This document shows, one piece after another, positions 19,070 to 29,511 of a stretch of DNA of 64,000 nt. The DNA is from an uncultured Desulfurococcales archaeon (GTDB lineage Archaea; Thermoproteota; Thermoprotei_A; EX4484-217-1). Below the pieces are notes generated by a model. It did no database searches. It was not told where the DNA came from and saw nothing but the letters and a program-made list of their open reading frames with translations. Within the stretch, counting starts at the first letter, position 1. Every line of letters starts with the position of its first letter. The stretch spans positions 65,699-129,698 of the forward strand of contig CAYOTT010000001.1 in the NCBI GenBank assembly GCA_964406965.1. The letters are read 5' to 3'. A program made the translations under genes and the position numbers.

Positions 19070-19348
19070 ATGGTTCTTTGCGAAATTTGCGAAGAAAATG
19101 AAGCTACATTAACATGTAATCTTTGTGGTAGAAGAGTATGCAGAAAACATATTAATGTAAACCATGTTTGCTCAGTATGTGAAATAACTCTTTGCGAAAG
19201 ATGCCATAAGTACCATGCAATAGGCTATTGTAAAATATGCGGAAGAAGCCTCTGTGAAGACTGCCTTATACAGTTGTCTCCCGTAGAGTATATATGTATT
19301 GATTGCCGCAATAAACTCTCCTTAAGGAAACTAAAAGCTAGGTTTTAG
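19070..19348 (+). CDS. Cys-rich zinc-finger (B-box-like) protein.
   Basis: Eight or more CxxC pairs in 92 aa. Confidence 0.45.
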   Translation: MVLCEICEENEATLTCNLCGRRVCRKHINVNHVCSVCEITLCERCHKYHAIGYCKICGRSLCEDCLIQLSPVEYICIDCRNKLSLRKLKARF

Positions 19349-19613
19349 TTTCCCCTAATTCCTTAAGAAAATCTTTAAGAATTTTAACATTAATTTCATG
19401 TTTAGATCTCCTACGCTTGTCAACGAATATGCCAAGCTTTCTTGCTTTATCTATCGTTAAACCTGCTTCCTTAATCTCTAATATACTAAAACCCCTTCCA
19501 ATTCTCCACTTAGGCGGTAATTTCCCTTGGCTTATTAATCTAGGTGTTTTTACTAGAGCCTTAGGGGGTTTCTGATTCTTCAACTTCAACCCCCCTGATT
19601 TAGGTTTTTCCAT
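19338..19613 (-). CDS. rpl13e: Ribosomal protein L13e.
   Basis: GRGFSILEIKEAGL...ARKLGIFVDKRRR matches the archaeal L13e pattern. Confidence 0.7.
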   Translation of the reverse strand: MEKPKSGGLKLKNQKPPKALVKTPRLISQGKLPPKWRIGRGFSILEIKEAGLTIDKARKLGIFVDKRRRSKHEINVKILKDFLKELGETKT

Positions 19614-19642
19614 AGTTAAAATGTAGTGTGGATATTTTAATT

Positions 19643-20122
19643 TTAAGGTACTTTGAGCCGGAAATCTTCTTTAACAACATTTAGAGCAATACTTGTGTTT
19701 GTGCTTAAAACATACGGTTTAGCCAGGAGGCTTTTTATGAAATCGTTGAGTTCTTTTATTGACTTAAACTTTGCAACAACAATTACGTCAAACTCTCCTG
19801 TAACATCATATACTGCACATACGTTAGGATATTTTGCGACATCTCTTTCAACATTAATTATATGCTTGCCATCAACTTTTATTAAGACAAGAGCGGTTAC
19901 ATCATACCCTACTCTTCCGTAATCAATTTGCACAGTAAAGCCCTTAATTATTCCCTTAGTTTGCAGCTTCCTTACTCTTAAGTGTACTGTGCCAACAGAA
20001 ACCCCAAGTCTTCTAGCTAATTCCCTATATGTTATTCTAGGATTCTCTATAAGCTCATTAAGTATTTTCTTATCTAGCTCATCAAGCACTTTTGTAGACG
20101 TCATTTTCTTCACGAGCATCAC
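19643..20122 (-). CDS. Lrp/AsnC-family transcriptional regulator.
   Basis: N-terminal HTH (LDKKILNELIENPRITYRELARRLGVSVGTVHLRVRKL) plus a C-terminal RAM domain. Confidence 0.85.
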   Translation of the reverse strand: MMLVKKMTSTKVLDELDKKILNELIENPRITYRELARRLGVSVGTVHLRVRKLQTKGIIKGFTVQIDYGRVGYDVTALVLIKVDGKHIINVERDVAKYPNVCAVYDVTGEFDVIVVAKFKSIKELNDFIKSLLAKPYVLSTNTSIALNVVKEDFRLKVP

Positions 20123-20229
20123 TCTAAATTTCTCATCTATCTTAAGCGTTTCTCACATAGGTATTTTTATTAAATGCTTATAAGCTAATTTTTTATAAAA
20201 ATAGTGTTGAATGGGTGGTTTAGTAAGAT

Positions 20230-20526
20230 ATGGCTAAAATAAGACGTTTAGTTTTAGACGTACTTAAACCATTAAAGGATCCTTCAGTTATAGAAGTAGC
20301 CAAAGCATTAGCTAATGTAAAAGGAGTTTCTGCTGTAAACGTTACAGTAAATGAAGTTGATGTTGAAACTATGGGTTTAATAATAACTATTGAAGGAGAG
20401 GATATTGATTATAGAGAAGTAGAGGATGTACTCAGGAATGTTGGTGCTGTAATACATAGTGTAGACCAGGTGGTTGTTGGAGAAAAAATTATTGAAACAG
20501 CAGCTACTATTCAAAGCAGAACTTAG
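20230..20526 (+). CDS. Small hypothetical protein.
   Basis: 98-aa ORF; no motif recognised. Confidence 0.4.
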   Translation: MAKIRRLVLDVLKPLKDPSVIEVAKALANVKGVSAVNVTVNEVDVETMGLIITIEGEDIDYREVEDVLRNVGAVIHSVDQVVVGEKIIETAATIQSRT

Positions 20527-20873
20527 CATACCTTAGTGCCAGGCTCTGGTTCATTATCAACTGTTAGAACTCTTGGCTTACCTTTAGGACAGCCTGCCGC
20601 CAATATCATACCTTGGCTAACGTAACCTCTAATAACTTTAGGTTTAAGATTAGCTACAACGATGAGTCTTCTATTAACAAGGCTTTCAGGAGTATATACA
20701 TCACCTATACCAGCTATTATTTGTCTTTCCCCAAGCTTCCCAAGATCTACTATTAGCCTTATAAGCTTAGTTCCAGGAATTCGTTCAGCATGTTTCACTA
20801 AACCAACTCTCAAATCTATTTTAGAAAAGTCTTCTATCGTTATTTGTTCAGATTCAGACAAAGCTACTAACAC
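20523..20873 (-). CDS. tRNA-binding domain protein (EMAP/CsaA/Trbp111-like OB fold).
   Basis: DLRVGLV...E..P...KL....VDLG......I..G motif of tRNA-binding domains. Confidence 0.75.
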   Translation of the reverse strand: MLVALSESEQITIEDFSKIDLRVGLVKHAERIPGTKLIRLIVDLGKLGERQIIAGIGDVYTPESLVNRRLIVVANLKPKVIRGYVSQGMILAAGCPKGKPRVLTVDNEPEPGTKVC

Positions 20874-20960
20874 CCAAGCATTTGTAATCTAATTATTAAG
20901 AAATGAGTGTGACTTATAAATTTAGTTAATTATTCAAATATTAAGTAAGGTTGAAGCTCT

Positions 20961-21566
20961 ATGATAGTTAATGAGAAAATATGGTACAATAGGAAAAATG
21001 CATTCATGAAACGTCTCGAAAGGGATAAGAAGACAGGGTATTTCGATAAGGAGCTTGAAGGCTTAGTAAAGCTGCTAAACAGTTTCAATGACATGTTTAC
21101 AACAAGTAGCTGCGCTGGGCGTATCATGATTTTTTCATCTAAGAGGCCTTGGGATAAGAAATCAATAAAAATTTATTTGAAATCCCATAATTTTTTAAAG
21201 ACAGATGATGTTAAGAAAGCTATTGAGAAATCTTCAGATGGAAACTTATGGTTTGTTATGCAGCCACCAATAATACATGTTTCATGCTTAAATCCCGAAA
21301 GAGCACAGGAACTTTTAAAGATAGCTAGAAATGTTGGGTTTAAACACAGCGGCATTATAAGTTTTTCAAGAAAAGGCATTCATGTCGAGCTTCAAGGTGA
21401 TGAGCATTTAGAATTCCCCTTAAAGGTTAATGGAAGAATAGTTATTAGAAAACATAGTTTAAACAGACTTGTAAAATGGGCCAATGGCCTTCTTCTCGAG
21501 TCTAAAAAGAAGATATTTAAGTTAGAATCAGTAATCAGAAGAAAATGGTTAGAAAAGGGTGGTTGA
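20961..21566 (+). CDS. taw3: tRNA wybutosine-synthesizing protein 3 family (TYW3/Taw3) methyltransferase.
   Basis: TSSCAGRI motif (the TYW3 SSCxGR signature); about 200 aa. Confidence 0.65.
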   Translation: MIVNEKIWYNRKNAFMKRLERDKKTGYFDKELEGLVKLLNSFNDMFTTSSCAGRIMIFSSKRPWDKKSIKIYLKSHNFLKTDDVKKAIEKSSDGNLWFVMQPPIIHVSCLNPERAQELLKIARNVGFKHSGIISFSRKGIHVELQGDEHLEFPLKVNGRIVIRKHSLNRLVKWANGLLLESKKKIFKLESVIRRKWLEKGG

Positions 21567-21569
21567 ATA

Positions 21570-22724
21570 GTGTCAGCCGTAAAAACGCCTCTTGACATAA
21601 TAAAACCGTTAAGCCCTGGACAAGAGGAATTACTTAATGTACTTAAGGATAAAAGCTATGATATCATAGGAGTTTTTGGACCTACAGGAACGGGTAAAAG
21701 TCTACTTTCCATAGCTTATGGAATCTCTGAGGTTATTAAAGGGAATTATAGGAGATTCATTATAGCACGCCCATTAATAGACATAGTTTCTGAACGTGAA
21801 GTAACAGCTATAGAGCTAGGCAAGCTCTACTATGAGCTTTCAGCTGCCTATATTAGGGATATTTTATCAGAGTTCATAGAGTGGAATATAGTGGAGAGCC
21901 TAGTTAAGGATAAAAAAGTTCTCTTAGTAGATATTCATTTCTTAAGAGGAAGAACATTTGATGACACAATAATATTTCTAGACGACGCACAAAATGTTCC
22001 TCCAGAAAGCTCATTGGAGCTTCTTATGAGAATGGGTAATAAATCTAGGATGATAATCGCTGGAGATCCTGTCTTCCAGAAAAACCCGGAGATCCACTTA
22101 GACGGAGCAACATTGCTTAGAGAAGCACTGATAGGTGAGGAAAGAGCAGCAGTAGTGGACCTAGGAATTAAAGATATTGTAAGAATGGGTGCTAAGAGAG
22201 GAATAAAGCTTCTTCTTGAAGTCAGGATGAGGAAGAGAAAACTTAGCGATTTAGAATCAAAAATACTTGATGCTGCTAGAACCTATGCTCCCGACGCAGA
22301 CATAGTTACAGTAATAGAGTTTCTTGAAGAGAAAAAGAAATTTGAAATCACAAGCGAACATACACCAGATGCATTAATTATAGTTAAAGAAGGACATTTA
22401 GGTAGGCTTGTCGGAAGAGGCGGAGAGAGAATAAATAAAATTGAAGGAGAAGTAGGTCTTAAAATAAGGAGCATCGAGCTCACATTAGACTTTAGAGAGC
22501 TTGTTAGAGCAATTCATCCGGTAAGCTGGGTACATAAGCACGTTGTTGATGCTGACTTTGCAGGGCCCAATATGGTGTTTAAAGTTAGAAGCGAAGAGTT
22601 CGGTCCATTCGTTGGGCAGAAAGGATTCTATGTTAAGTTCATGGATGCTGTGCTAAAGAAATTAGTAGGTGTTGGTGCTAGAGCTTTTGAGGTAGAGGAG
22701 AGAAGGCGGAAGCGCAGAAGATAA
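21570..22724 (+). CDS. PhoH-like ATPase with a C-terminal KH domain.
   Basis: P-loop GVFGPTGTGKS; KH-like GRLVGRGGERINKIEGEVGLKI. Confidence 0.75.
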   Translation: MSAVKTPLDIIKPLSPGQEELLNVLKDKSYDIIGVFGPTGTGKSLLSIAYGISEVIKGNYRRFIIARPLIDIVSEREVTAIELGKLYYELSAAYIRDILSEFIEWNIVESLVKDKKVLLVDIHFLRGRTFDDTIIFLDDAQNVPPESSLELLMRMGNKSRMIIAGDPVFQKNPEIHLDGATLLREALIGEERAAVVDLGIKDIVRMGAKRGIKLLLEVRMRKRKLSDLESKILDAARTYAPDADIVTVIEFLEEKKKFEITSEHTPDALIIVKEGHLGRLVGRGGERINKIEGEVGLKIRSIELTLDFRELVRAIHPVSWVHKHVVDADFAGPNMVFKVRSEEFGPFVGQKGFYVKFMDAVLKKLVGVGARAFEVEERRRKRRR

Positions 22725-22725
22725 G

Positions 22726-23592
22726 TTACTTTTCCACATAATAATCTATTACTACCTGGTACTTCTTAGTACCAACAGATCTTATAACCCTTACCTCTCT
22801 TACGTGAGCCTTTTCTACATGCTTCTTAAGAAACTGCGTATAATCACTAATAGCATTCATCTTAGCTTCTCCTCTATTGCGACCTTTTACGAAGAGGTAT
22901 ACGTGGAGAAAACCCTTGGATTTCAGCGCATACAAAGCATATTTCAAATAATCATATACAAGTTCAGGCAAAGGCATTAAAACCCTATCAGCTATTCCAC
23001 TAAGTTCTCTTTCAATAACATCTTTAGCGTCTCCTAAGATCGGTATAACCTTGCCTTTTAACCTATTTAACCCAATACTTTTTACCATGTAATAATATGC
23101 GTAAGGATTAACATCTATGGAGTACACAGTAATTTTCTTTCTTAAAGCAGAGACTATAGAAAACAACCCTATTCCAGCAAACATATTAACTACGGTTTCG
23201 TTGTCGCGTACCTTCTCAGATACTCTCCTGTGTTCATAATTTAGCGCAGGTGAAATGTAAACTCTCGTAATATCAACAAGAAAGCGGGCACCGTGCTCAA
23301 CGTAAATAGTTTCACTCCTATATTCTCCACAGAGAAAAACGTAGTCTCTAACCCTATGCTTACCTTTAATTTCTGAAATAGAACACCAAGCGGACTTTAT
23401 ATAAAATAAACAATCCATAATATGAGCTGCAAGTCGTCTTAACTTTTCTAATTCAACATTTAAGGGTTTTCTTAAAACTAAAATGTCACCTATGATTTCC
23501 ATTCTTTTCCATATCCTTCTTGAAAAATCTTCTCCGAAAAGTTTTCTAGCAAGTTCTCTTAGGAAAACACCGTGAACCATAGAGGACACCAC
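22726..23592 (-). CDS. Trm5/Taw2 (Met-10+) family tRNA methyltransferase.
   Basis: VVNMFAGIGLFS and the DxNP region (IDVNPYAY). Confidence 0.8.
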   Translation of the reverse strand: MVSSMVHGVFLRELARKLFGEDFSRRIWKRMEIIGDILVLRKPLNVELEKLRRLAAHIMDCLFYIKSAWCSISEIKGKHRVRDYVFLCGEYRSETIYVEHGARFLVDITRVYISPALNYEHRRVSEKVRDNETVVNMFAGIGLFSIVSALRKKITVYSIDVNPYAYYYMVKSIGLNRLKGKVIPILGDAKDVIERELSGIADRVLMPLPELVYDYLKYALYALKSKGFLHVYLFVKGRNRGEAKMNAISDYTQFLKKHVEKAHVREVRVIRSVGTKKYQVVIDYYVEK

Positions 23593-23607
23593 ATAATGTG
23601 AGGTATT

Positions 23608-24048
23608 ATGAGTAAACGTATTATGATACCTTGGGGTGGTAAGGCTAAGAAGTCTTTAGCACTAATACTTAAGCCGTATGAAGCATCTGTAGTTTCAAAG
23701 AACATACTCATAATCCTTACATCTCGAGAAATCAGAATATCTGACTATGTTAAAAAATATTCTGAAGAAGAATCTACAAGAAAAAGATATATTAGAGTAT
23801 TTTTTAGTGAACCAATAACACCTTTAAATGAAGAACCGTATCCCAGATTCCATGGTGGTATTATTGAAAATTTCGATGTAAGATATACTAATCTAGGTTT
23901 CTCGAAGTATTTAACATTAATAGTTCCCGGAAGTTTCCTTTACAACTATATAGTGCTTACGGAAAACAGCCTCTCAATAGAGTGTTCAGTTAAGAAAAGT
24001 GTTTATTTTGAAGAATATAAAACCTCACTTACCATATATTTTGTTTAA
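23608..24048 (+). CDS. Hypothetical protein.
   Basis: ORF only. Confidence 0.3.
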   Translation: MSKRIMIPWGGKAKKSLALILKPYEASVVSKNILIILTSREIRISDYVKKYSEEESTRKRYIRVFFSEPITPLNEEPYPRFHGGIIENFDVRYTNLGFSKYLTLIVPGSFLYNYIVLTENSLSIECSVKKSVYFEEYKTSLTIYFV

Positions 24049-25326
24049 CTTACTTTCCAATATTTTCCTTGCCTTTCGAATTTCTCCGCTATCTATGGTT
24101 AAAACTTCTCCGCTATCCATAAGTACTTCGCCTCTTACAATAACTGTCTCTATAGCAGCATTCGAGAATAGTACTGCATTATAAACATTTGTTTCTAAAG
24201 GCCATCCTCTTACATCGGAAAAGTCCATAACTATGATGTTTGCATCATACCCTTTCGATATTTTACCATGGTTTTCTATTCCTTTAAACTTAGCTCTATT
24301 GCCTGTTGCTAATTCTAAGAGCATATATGAGCTTATTCTTGATGGTACACCATAAAGAGTATTTACTGTAAAATAGGTTAATTTGGCTTCTGAAAGAACA
24401 TCCCATGATGGATTTATATCTGTTCCAAACCCTACCTTAACATTTTTAGCTAGCATATCAACTATGGGCATGGCTCCTGAAAGCAAGATATTATTAGATG
24501 TTGGACAATGTGCAACATTTGCCTCGCTTTTAGAAAGATAATTTATCTCTCTTTCCGTAACCCATACTGCATGCGCTACTAGTGTTTTACTTGAGAGAAG
24601 ACCGTAGTCTCTCAGAACCCCAATAGGCCTTTTACCATATGCTTCCTTAACCTTCCTGACATCATCTAGAGTTTCTGCTGCGTGAACATGTATACCTATG
24701 TTCTCTTCCTTAGAAATCAGTGATATTTCATTTAGTTGTTCTCTTGTAAGGTATCTTAAACAACATGGACCCAAATATACATTTATTCTTCCATCGTCAA
24801 CTCCGTCCCATTTACGATGAAGCTCAAGGTTTTCTTTAAGCGTTTTCTCATACTCGAATCCAGCTGTTTCCAAAATGGCTACCGAAAGGTTAGCTATAAG
24901 TCCTGCTTCTTTAGCAGCTTTAGCTACGGAATCCATGTTAAAGTGCATGTCGGCAAAAGCAACTATGCCATTCTTTATGAAAACATACATGGCAAGTTTT
25001 GATGCATAATAGGATTCCTCAGGACTCAATGTGGTTTCGTAAGGCCAAGCTACTGCTTCCTCCCATTCACTAAGTGTTAATCCTAAACCCATGAACCTTA
25101 GAGGAAAAAGTCCTAAATGACTGTGGTAACTTACGAAGCCTGGTAAAATGATTTTTCCCTTTAAATTAAGCACTAATTCTGAGTACTTGTAGTCGTAAGG
25201 TAGCTTATCTGCTTGTCCTACATCAACTATTTTTCCATTCTCTATGTATACATATCCTTCTTTTATTACTGAATCCCTGCTTTCCATAGTAATTATGGTT
25301 GGATTGAGCAATAGTATACTGACCAA
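24025..25326 (-). CDS. Amidohydrolase-superfamily deaminase, MTA/SAH deaminase (MtaD)-like.
   Basis: Metal-binding HSH motif (YHSHLG), conserved HxxE and an Asp near the C-terminus; length typical of MtaD/chlorohydrolases. Confidence 0.7.
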   Translation of the reverse strand: MVSILLLNPTIITMESRDSVIKEGYVYIENGKIVDVGQADKLPYDYKYSELVLNLKGKIILPGFVSYHSHLGLFPLRFMGLGLTLSEWEEAVAWPYETTLSPEESYYASKLAMYVFIKNGIVAFADMHFNMDSVAKAAKEAGLIANLSVAILETAGFEYEKTLKENLELHRKWDGVDDGRINVYLGPCCLRYLTREQLNEISLISKEENIGIHVHAAETLDDVRKVKEAYGKRPIGVLRDYGLLSSKTLVAHAVWVTEREINYLSKSEANVAHCPTSNNILLSGAMPIVDMLAKNVKVGFGTDINPSWDVLSEAKLTYFTVNTLYGVPSRISSYMLLELATGNRAKFKGIENHGKISKGYDANIIVMDFSDVRGWPLETNVYNAVLFSNAAIETVIVRGEVLMDSGEVLTIDSGEIRKARKILESKLNKIYGK

Positions 25327-25423
25327 TTTTAAGCCTCGCGGGAAGTGGTGGAGAATAATTTATACGTAGTGGCATAAAAAATTTGGTATTTTAAGCGTGT
25401 TTTTCAATCTTATTCTTTATTTT

Positions 25424-25996
25424 CTACTCTGAAAGAATCTCCTTTATTTTTTCAATTTTCTTCTTATACTTTTCAAGTTCACTTTTTACTTTCTCGTTTT
25501 CACTACGTAGCTTATTTACTTCATCTTCTAGGACTCTAACTTTATTTGCTAAATTATTTTTCTCTTCTTCAAGAGCCTTTATTCTATCATTTAAGGTTCC
25601 TATTTCTTTCTTGTATTTCTCTATTTCAGGAGGTGAAGCTAATTTAGCTACTGCTTCAGGTACTTCTATTCTTACACCTTCTCTTAGAAATCTTTGATAA
25701 GTTTCCTGAATGAGCTTTCCCGCTTTTGTCTTCGCTTGTAAGTGGTTTCTTATTGTTCCCTCACTTCTACCTAGTTCTTCAGCTATTTGCGAAACAGTCA
25801 TGCCTGCTTTTGATCTAGCTAAAGCAGCTGCTGCAACAGCTAAGCTGTCAACCCATGTTAATCTCTCCTCAGCTTTTCTAATTTCCTCTATAACATCAGG
25901 CCTCAGCAGTGTAGCTATGAGTAATGCGGTCTCTAACTTATGAATATCCTGTCTACCTACAGGCCTTAGAGGAATTTCCTCAGACACTTTCCTCAC
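25424..25996 (-). CDS. HTH-containing protein with a long C-terminal coiled coil.
   Basis: HTH-like MTVSQIAEELGRSEGTIRNHL; heptad-rich Lys/Glu tail. Confidence 0.45.
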   Translation of the reverse strand: MRKVSEEIPLRPVGRQDIHKLETALLIATLLRPDVIEEIRKAEERLTWVDSLAVAAAALARSKAGMTVSQIAEELGRSEGTIRNHLQAKTKAGKLIQETYQRFLREGVRIEVPEAVAKLASPPEIEKYKKEIGTLNDRIKALEEEKNNLANKVRVLEDEVNKLRSENEKVKSELEKYKKKIEKIKEILSE

Positions 25997-26071
25997 CCTA
26001 AAGTATTAATATTTGAGAATAATATTTAACTAAATCTTAATGAGCTAATATTTAGAGGTAAAATCGTTAAC

Positions 26072-26563
26072 ATGATAGCTCTTGAAATAACTATTAGTAA
26101 TATTCAAAAACCCACTTATAGGGAGCATATTTTAGGTATAGTTTTAAGCGGAAAAGGCATGTTTAAACTAGCATTAACATGTAGAGAGGATATTCCAGGT
26201 GGAAGAGTTTTCGAGCTTTATCTTCTCGTTGATAAGTATAATGAATTTCTCGTGAAAAAATACTTTGAAGCAGGGGGCGACGTAGGATATGCCAACATTA
26301 GTAATGCTGAAAAACTATTGAATATGGTTAAAGAGAAAATTCCCATAGAAAAGTACTATGTGAGCCCATGGAAAATTATACCTGCATTAATAGCCTATGT
26401 TGAAGGTAAAGTCTATAGTGAAAAAGAATTCTTGCAGAGAATTAAGTTAAGAGACAATAAATACTCCAAAGGCTGGCATAATTTCTTCAAAAAACATAGA
26501 GATATTAGTTTAGAAAAAATAGTTAATAAATTAAATGTTGAACTAATAGTTAAAGTAGTTTGA
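26072..26563 (+). CDS. Hypothetical protein.
   Basis: ORF only. Confidence 0.35.
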   Translation: MIALEITISNIQKPTYREHILGIVLSGKGMFKLALTCREDIPGGRVFELYLLVDKYNEFLVKKYFEAGGDVGYANISNAEKLLNMVKEKIPIEKYYVSPWKIIPALIAYVEGKVYSEKEFLQRIKLRDNKYSKGWHNFFKKHRDISLEKIVNKLNVELIVKVV

Positions 26564-26569
26564 AATTTG

Positions 26570-27511
26570 CTAAGCTATTAATTCTTTTTCAAGTTTTGAT
26601 TTCACTTTCTCAAATATCTCCAAAACCTCATGTTCATAGGGTATTCCATTTCTTGCCCCCTTTCTCTCAACCTTAATACCAGCTGCAACACTTGCAAATA
26701 ATGCACTATCCCATAAGCTATATCCTTTTAAAAGACTGGCTGTAAGCGCTGCTGCGAAAACATCTCCCGCTCCCGTAGTGTCAACCACTCTCCTAGGCTT
26801 GTATGGTGGAACCCTTATTCTTGCTTCACTCAATACAAGATATGACCCTTTAGAACCCATTTTAACAACAATAAGTTTCGGCCCATATTGCAGAAGTTTA
26901 GAAGCTGATTCAGGATCTTTTACTTTAGTTAAACACTCTAGTTCTCTTAAATTTAGGTAAAGTATTTTTACGTGTGAAAAAATGGGTTTTAGCTCTTCTA
27001 TGCTGTAATGGCATACTATGGAACCTGGATCATAACTAAACGTCATACCGTATTTTGAAGCTATTTCAGCAATAGCTTCTGCAAGCTTCTTTCTTATGCT
27101 TGCAGCATGAATTACTTTCGCTTTTGAAACATATTTTTCATCTATGTCCTCTTTTGAAACATAGGCATTTGCTCCTCTATGTGCTATCATTCTTCTTACT
27201 CCATTTCTAGTGACTATTATGAAGACTTTTCCTGTGGGATGTTCATTATCTATGATAAGGTTTGTTATGTCTACACCTTCCTTTTCAAATTCTTTTTTAA
27301 TAAATTCTCCAAAACTATCTTTACCTATTCTTCCTATGAAACCGCTCTTCATTCCTAATCTAGCTAAAGCTACAGCGTAATTTGATGCCGAACCCCCCGC
27401 TGAAATTATTGAATCATAAGCTTCAATAGCTTCGTCCTCATCAGGAACCCTATCGACATACATTATTATATCTACGTTGGCATTGCCTATAGCTACAACA
27501 TCTAGTACCAT
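26570..27511 (-). CDS. PfkB-family (ribokinase-like) sugar/nucleoside kinase.
   Basis: DTTGAGD motif and an N-terminal GG dipeptide region; 10-bp overlap with the upstream gene. Confidence 0.8.
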   Translation of the reverse strand: MVLDVVAIGNANVDIIMYVDRVPDEDEAIEAYDSIISAGGSASNYAVALARLGMKSGFIGRIGKDSFGEFIKKEFEKEGVDITNLIIDNEHPTGKVFIIVTRNGVRRMIAHRGANAYVSKEDIDEKYVSKAKVIHAASIRKKLAEAIAEIASKYGMTFSYDPGSIVCHYSIEELKPIFSHVKILYLNLRELECLTKVKDPESASKLLQYGPKLIVVKMGSKGSYLVLSEARIRVPPYKPRRVVDTTGAGDVFAAALTASLLKGYSLWDSALFASVAAGIKVERKGARNGIPYEHEVLEIFEKVKSKLEKELIA

Positions 27512-28506
27512 TCCTCATACTCCTCCTTTACTGTTTTGAATTCTTTCATGAAGTAATCTTGAATTACCCAACCATACTTTTCTATTAAGACAAGGAATGC
27601 TGCTTGTGGAGGTATTAATCCCTCTTCAGTTATTATCGCATCTATATACTCTGAAGGAGTTACATCGAACGCAGGATTCCTAACTCTAACATTAGGATGC
27701 TCTCTAAGATATTCTTCACTTACAACTTCTAATGGGCTTCTCTCTTCTATTTGAACAAGTTCGCCTATTACCGTTGCTGGACTGAACTTATATGTTTCAG
27801 CGGCGACAAACATTCTTACTCTAGCTTCCTTAGCTGCCAAGGCAATATTAGAAGTACCTATTTTATTAACTACAGCTCCATTAGCTGCTACAGTATCTGC
27901 ACCAACAATTACCTTATCCACCTTCTTCATAATGTACCTCACTGCAGAATCCGGTATTAGTGTTACATCTACGCCTTCAGATAAAAGAGCCCTGGCTGTA
28001 ATGTGCCCTTGAAACCTAGGTCTAGTTTCTGTAGCATAAACCCTAATTTTCTTTCCCTGTTTATGAGCATTAATTATTATGGAAACTGCTGCTGAACTAT
28101 TACAATGTGTTAAAATAACGTCTCCGTCCTGAATTCTTTTAGAACCTATTATACCTATTTTTTCCGTTGCTACTTTAGAGTACTCTACGAACTCATTAGA
28201 TAGCTTAACTACAAGTGAAATAGCCTCATCTATTGTTTTCACTTTTGCTCTCTTTAGTCTCGATGTAATATACATTACAGCATTAGGTAGAGATACAGCT
28301 GTAGGTCTAGTAGATAGTAGGAGTTTAGCTACTTCATCAATGTATTTTATGAACTCTGTGAGATCTTCTTTCTCGACATATTTTTCAGCAGCAATTTTGA
28401 GTGCTTGAGCTGCAGCTCTTGCTATCCTGCCTGCGCCCCTTATTCTCATAGCTTTTATGTCTTCAGCTATCTTCACTACTTCGAAAGGTATAACTAATTT
28501 ATCCAT
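27502..28506 (-). CDS. eIF-2B-like family sugar-phosphate isomerase (MTR-1-P / R15P isomerase type), catalytic paralog.
   Basis: LTHCNSSA (catalytic Cys motif) and GADTVAANG (catalytic Asp motif). Confidence 0.7.
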   Translation of the reverse strand: MDKLVIPFEVVKIAEDIKAMRIRGAGRIARAAAQALKIAAEKYVEKEDLTEFIKYIDEVAKLLLSTRPTAVSLPNAVMYITSRLKRAKVKTIDEAISLVVKLSNEFVEYSKVATEKIGIIGSKRIQDGDVILTHCNSSAAVSIIINAHKQGKKIRVYATETRPRFQGHITARALLSEGVDVTLIPDSAVRYIMKKVDKVIVGADTVAANGAVVNKIGTSNIALAAKEARVRMFVAAETYKFSPATVIGELVQIEERSPLEVVSEEYLREHPNVRVRNPAFDVTPSEYIDAIITEEGLIPPQAAFLVLIEKYGWVIQDYFMKEFKTVKEEYEEWY

Positions 28507-29495
28507 GACCTCATCTCACCTATTAAAACTTGCAAATCAGGATATTCCGGAGGCCATTTACCATAAATTTCTTTCATCAAAATAGGTAAGGCTTGAGGAG
28601 CTATAACGCCATACTCCGTTATTATTGCGTCAACGTATTCTGGAGGTATTACATCTAAAAGCGGTATTTCGACTTTTAGGCCTTTACCTATTTTTGCTTT
28701 TGCTTTCTCATTTAATATGGTTTTTTCGGGAGCATGAGGTATTTTAACGAGTTCTCCGAAAATTGTTTCATAACTAAACTTTAGGGTAGAAGATGCTACA
28801 AAAACTCTAACCCTTGCTTCATGCGCTACTAAGGCAAGTAATGATGAGCCCACCTTACTTATGACTGCTCCATTAGCAGCTACCGCTTCTGCGCCTAAAA
28901 ATGATTTTGTAGCGTCCTTCATGAAGAATCTTATGGCAGAATCTACAATAAGTATTGTTGGTATATTCATTTTCGAAAGTTCTGAAGCAACAATCTTACC
29001 ATCATCGCCAGGCCTTGACTCAGCAACATATACTTCAAATCTCTTTCCCTGCTTCAAAGCTTTCTCAAAAATCTTCATTATGGTTTTACTGTAAGTAGCA
29101 GTTATTATAATGTCCCCATCAACTATTCTATTAGCACCTATTGTGGCTATTTTCTCTATGTCACTTCGTGACTTAGCAATAAGGTAGTTTATTCTGCGAA
29201 GAAGTATTTCAACCATTTCCTCATGTTTCATGCGTTCCTTAAGACCTTGTTTAAGATTTAAAAGTATTTCTCTAAAGGAATTAATGAGCATAGCGGATGT
29301 AGGTCTTGAAGCTACTATTTCACGCATAGCATACATTACATTATTTACTAATTCATTCATCGATGAACTTAGTTTAATTATTTTAGCTAATGTTTCAAGA
29401 GCTGCTTCAGCCACACCTGACGAGCTTCTAATGCTCCATTCCTTAATGTTTTTAACAACACTAGAAACTAATAGTACTATATCTTTTTTAGCCAT
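28494..29495 (-). CDS. eIF-2B-like family protein, apparently non-catalytic paralog (aIF-2B subunit-like).
   Basis: Same fold as 27502..28506, but the Cys motif is replaced (ITATYSK) and GAD becomes GAE. Confidence 0.65.
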   Translation of the reverse strand: MAKKDIVLLVSSVVKNIKEWSIRSSSGVAEAALETLAKIIKLSSSMNELVNNVMYAMREIVASRPTSAMLINSFREILLNLKQGLKERMKHEEMVEILLRRINYLIAKSRSDIEKIATIGANRIVDGDIIITATYSKTIMKIFEKALKQGKRFEVYVAESRPGDDGKIVASELSKMNIPTILIVDSAIRFFMKDATKSFLGAEAVAANGAVISKVGSSLLALVAHEARVRVFVASSTLKFSYETIFGELVKIPHAPEKTILNEKAKAKIGKGLKVEIPLLDVIPPEYVDAIITEYGVIAPQALPILMKEIYGKWPPEYPDLQVLIGEMRSWIN

Positions 29496-29511
29496 AACCT
29501 ACTATTGCACC

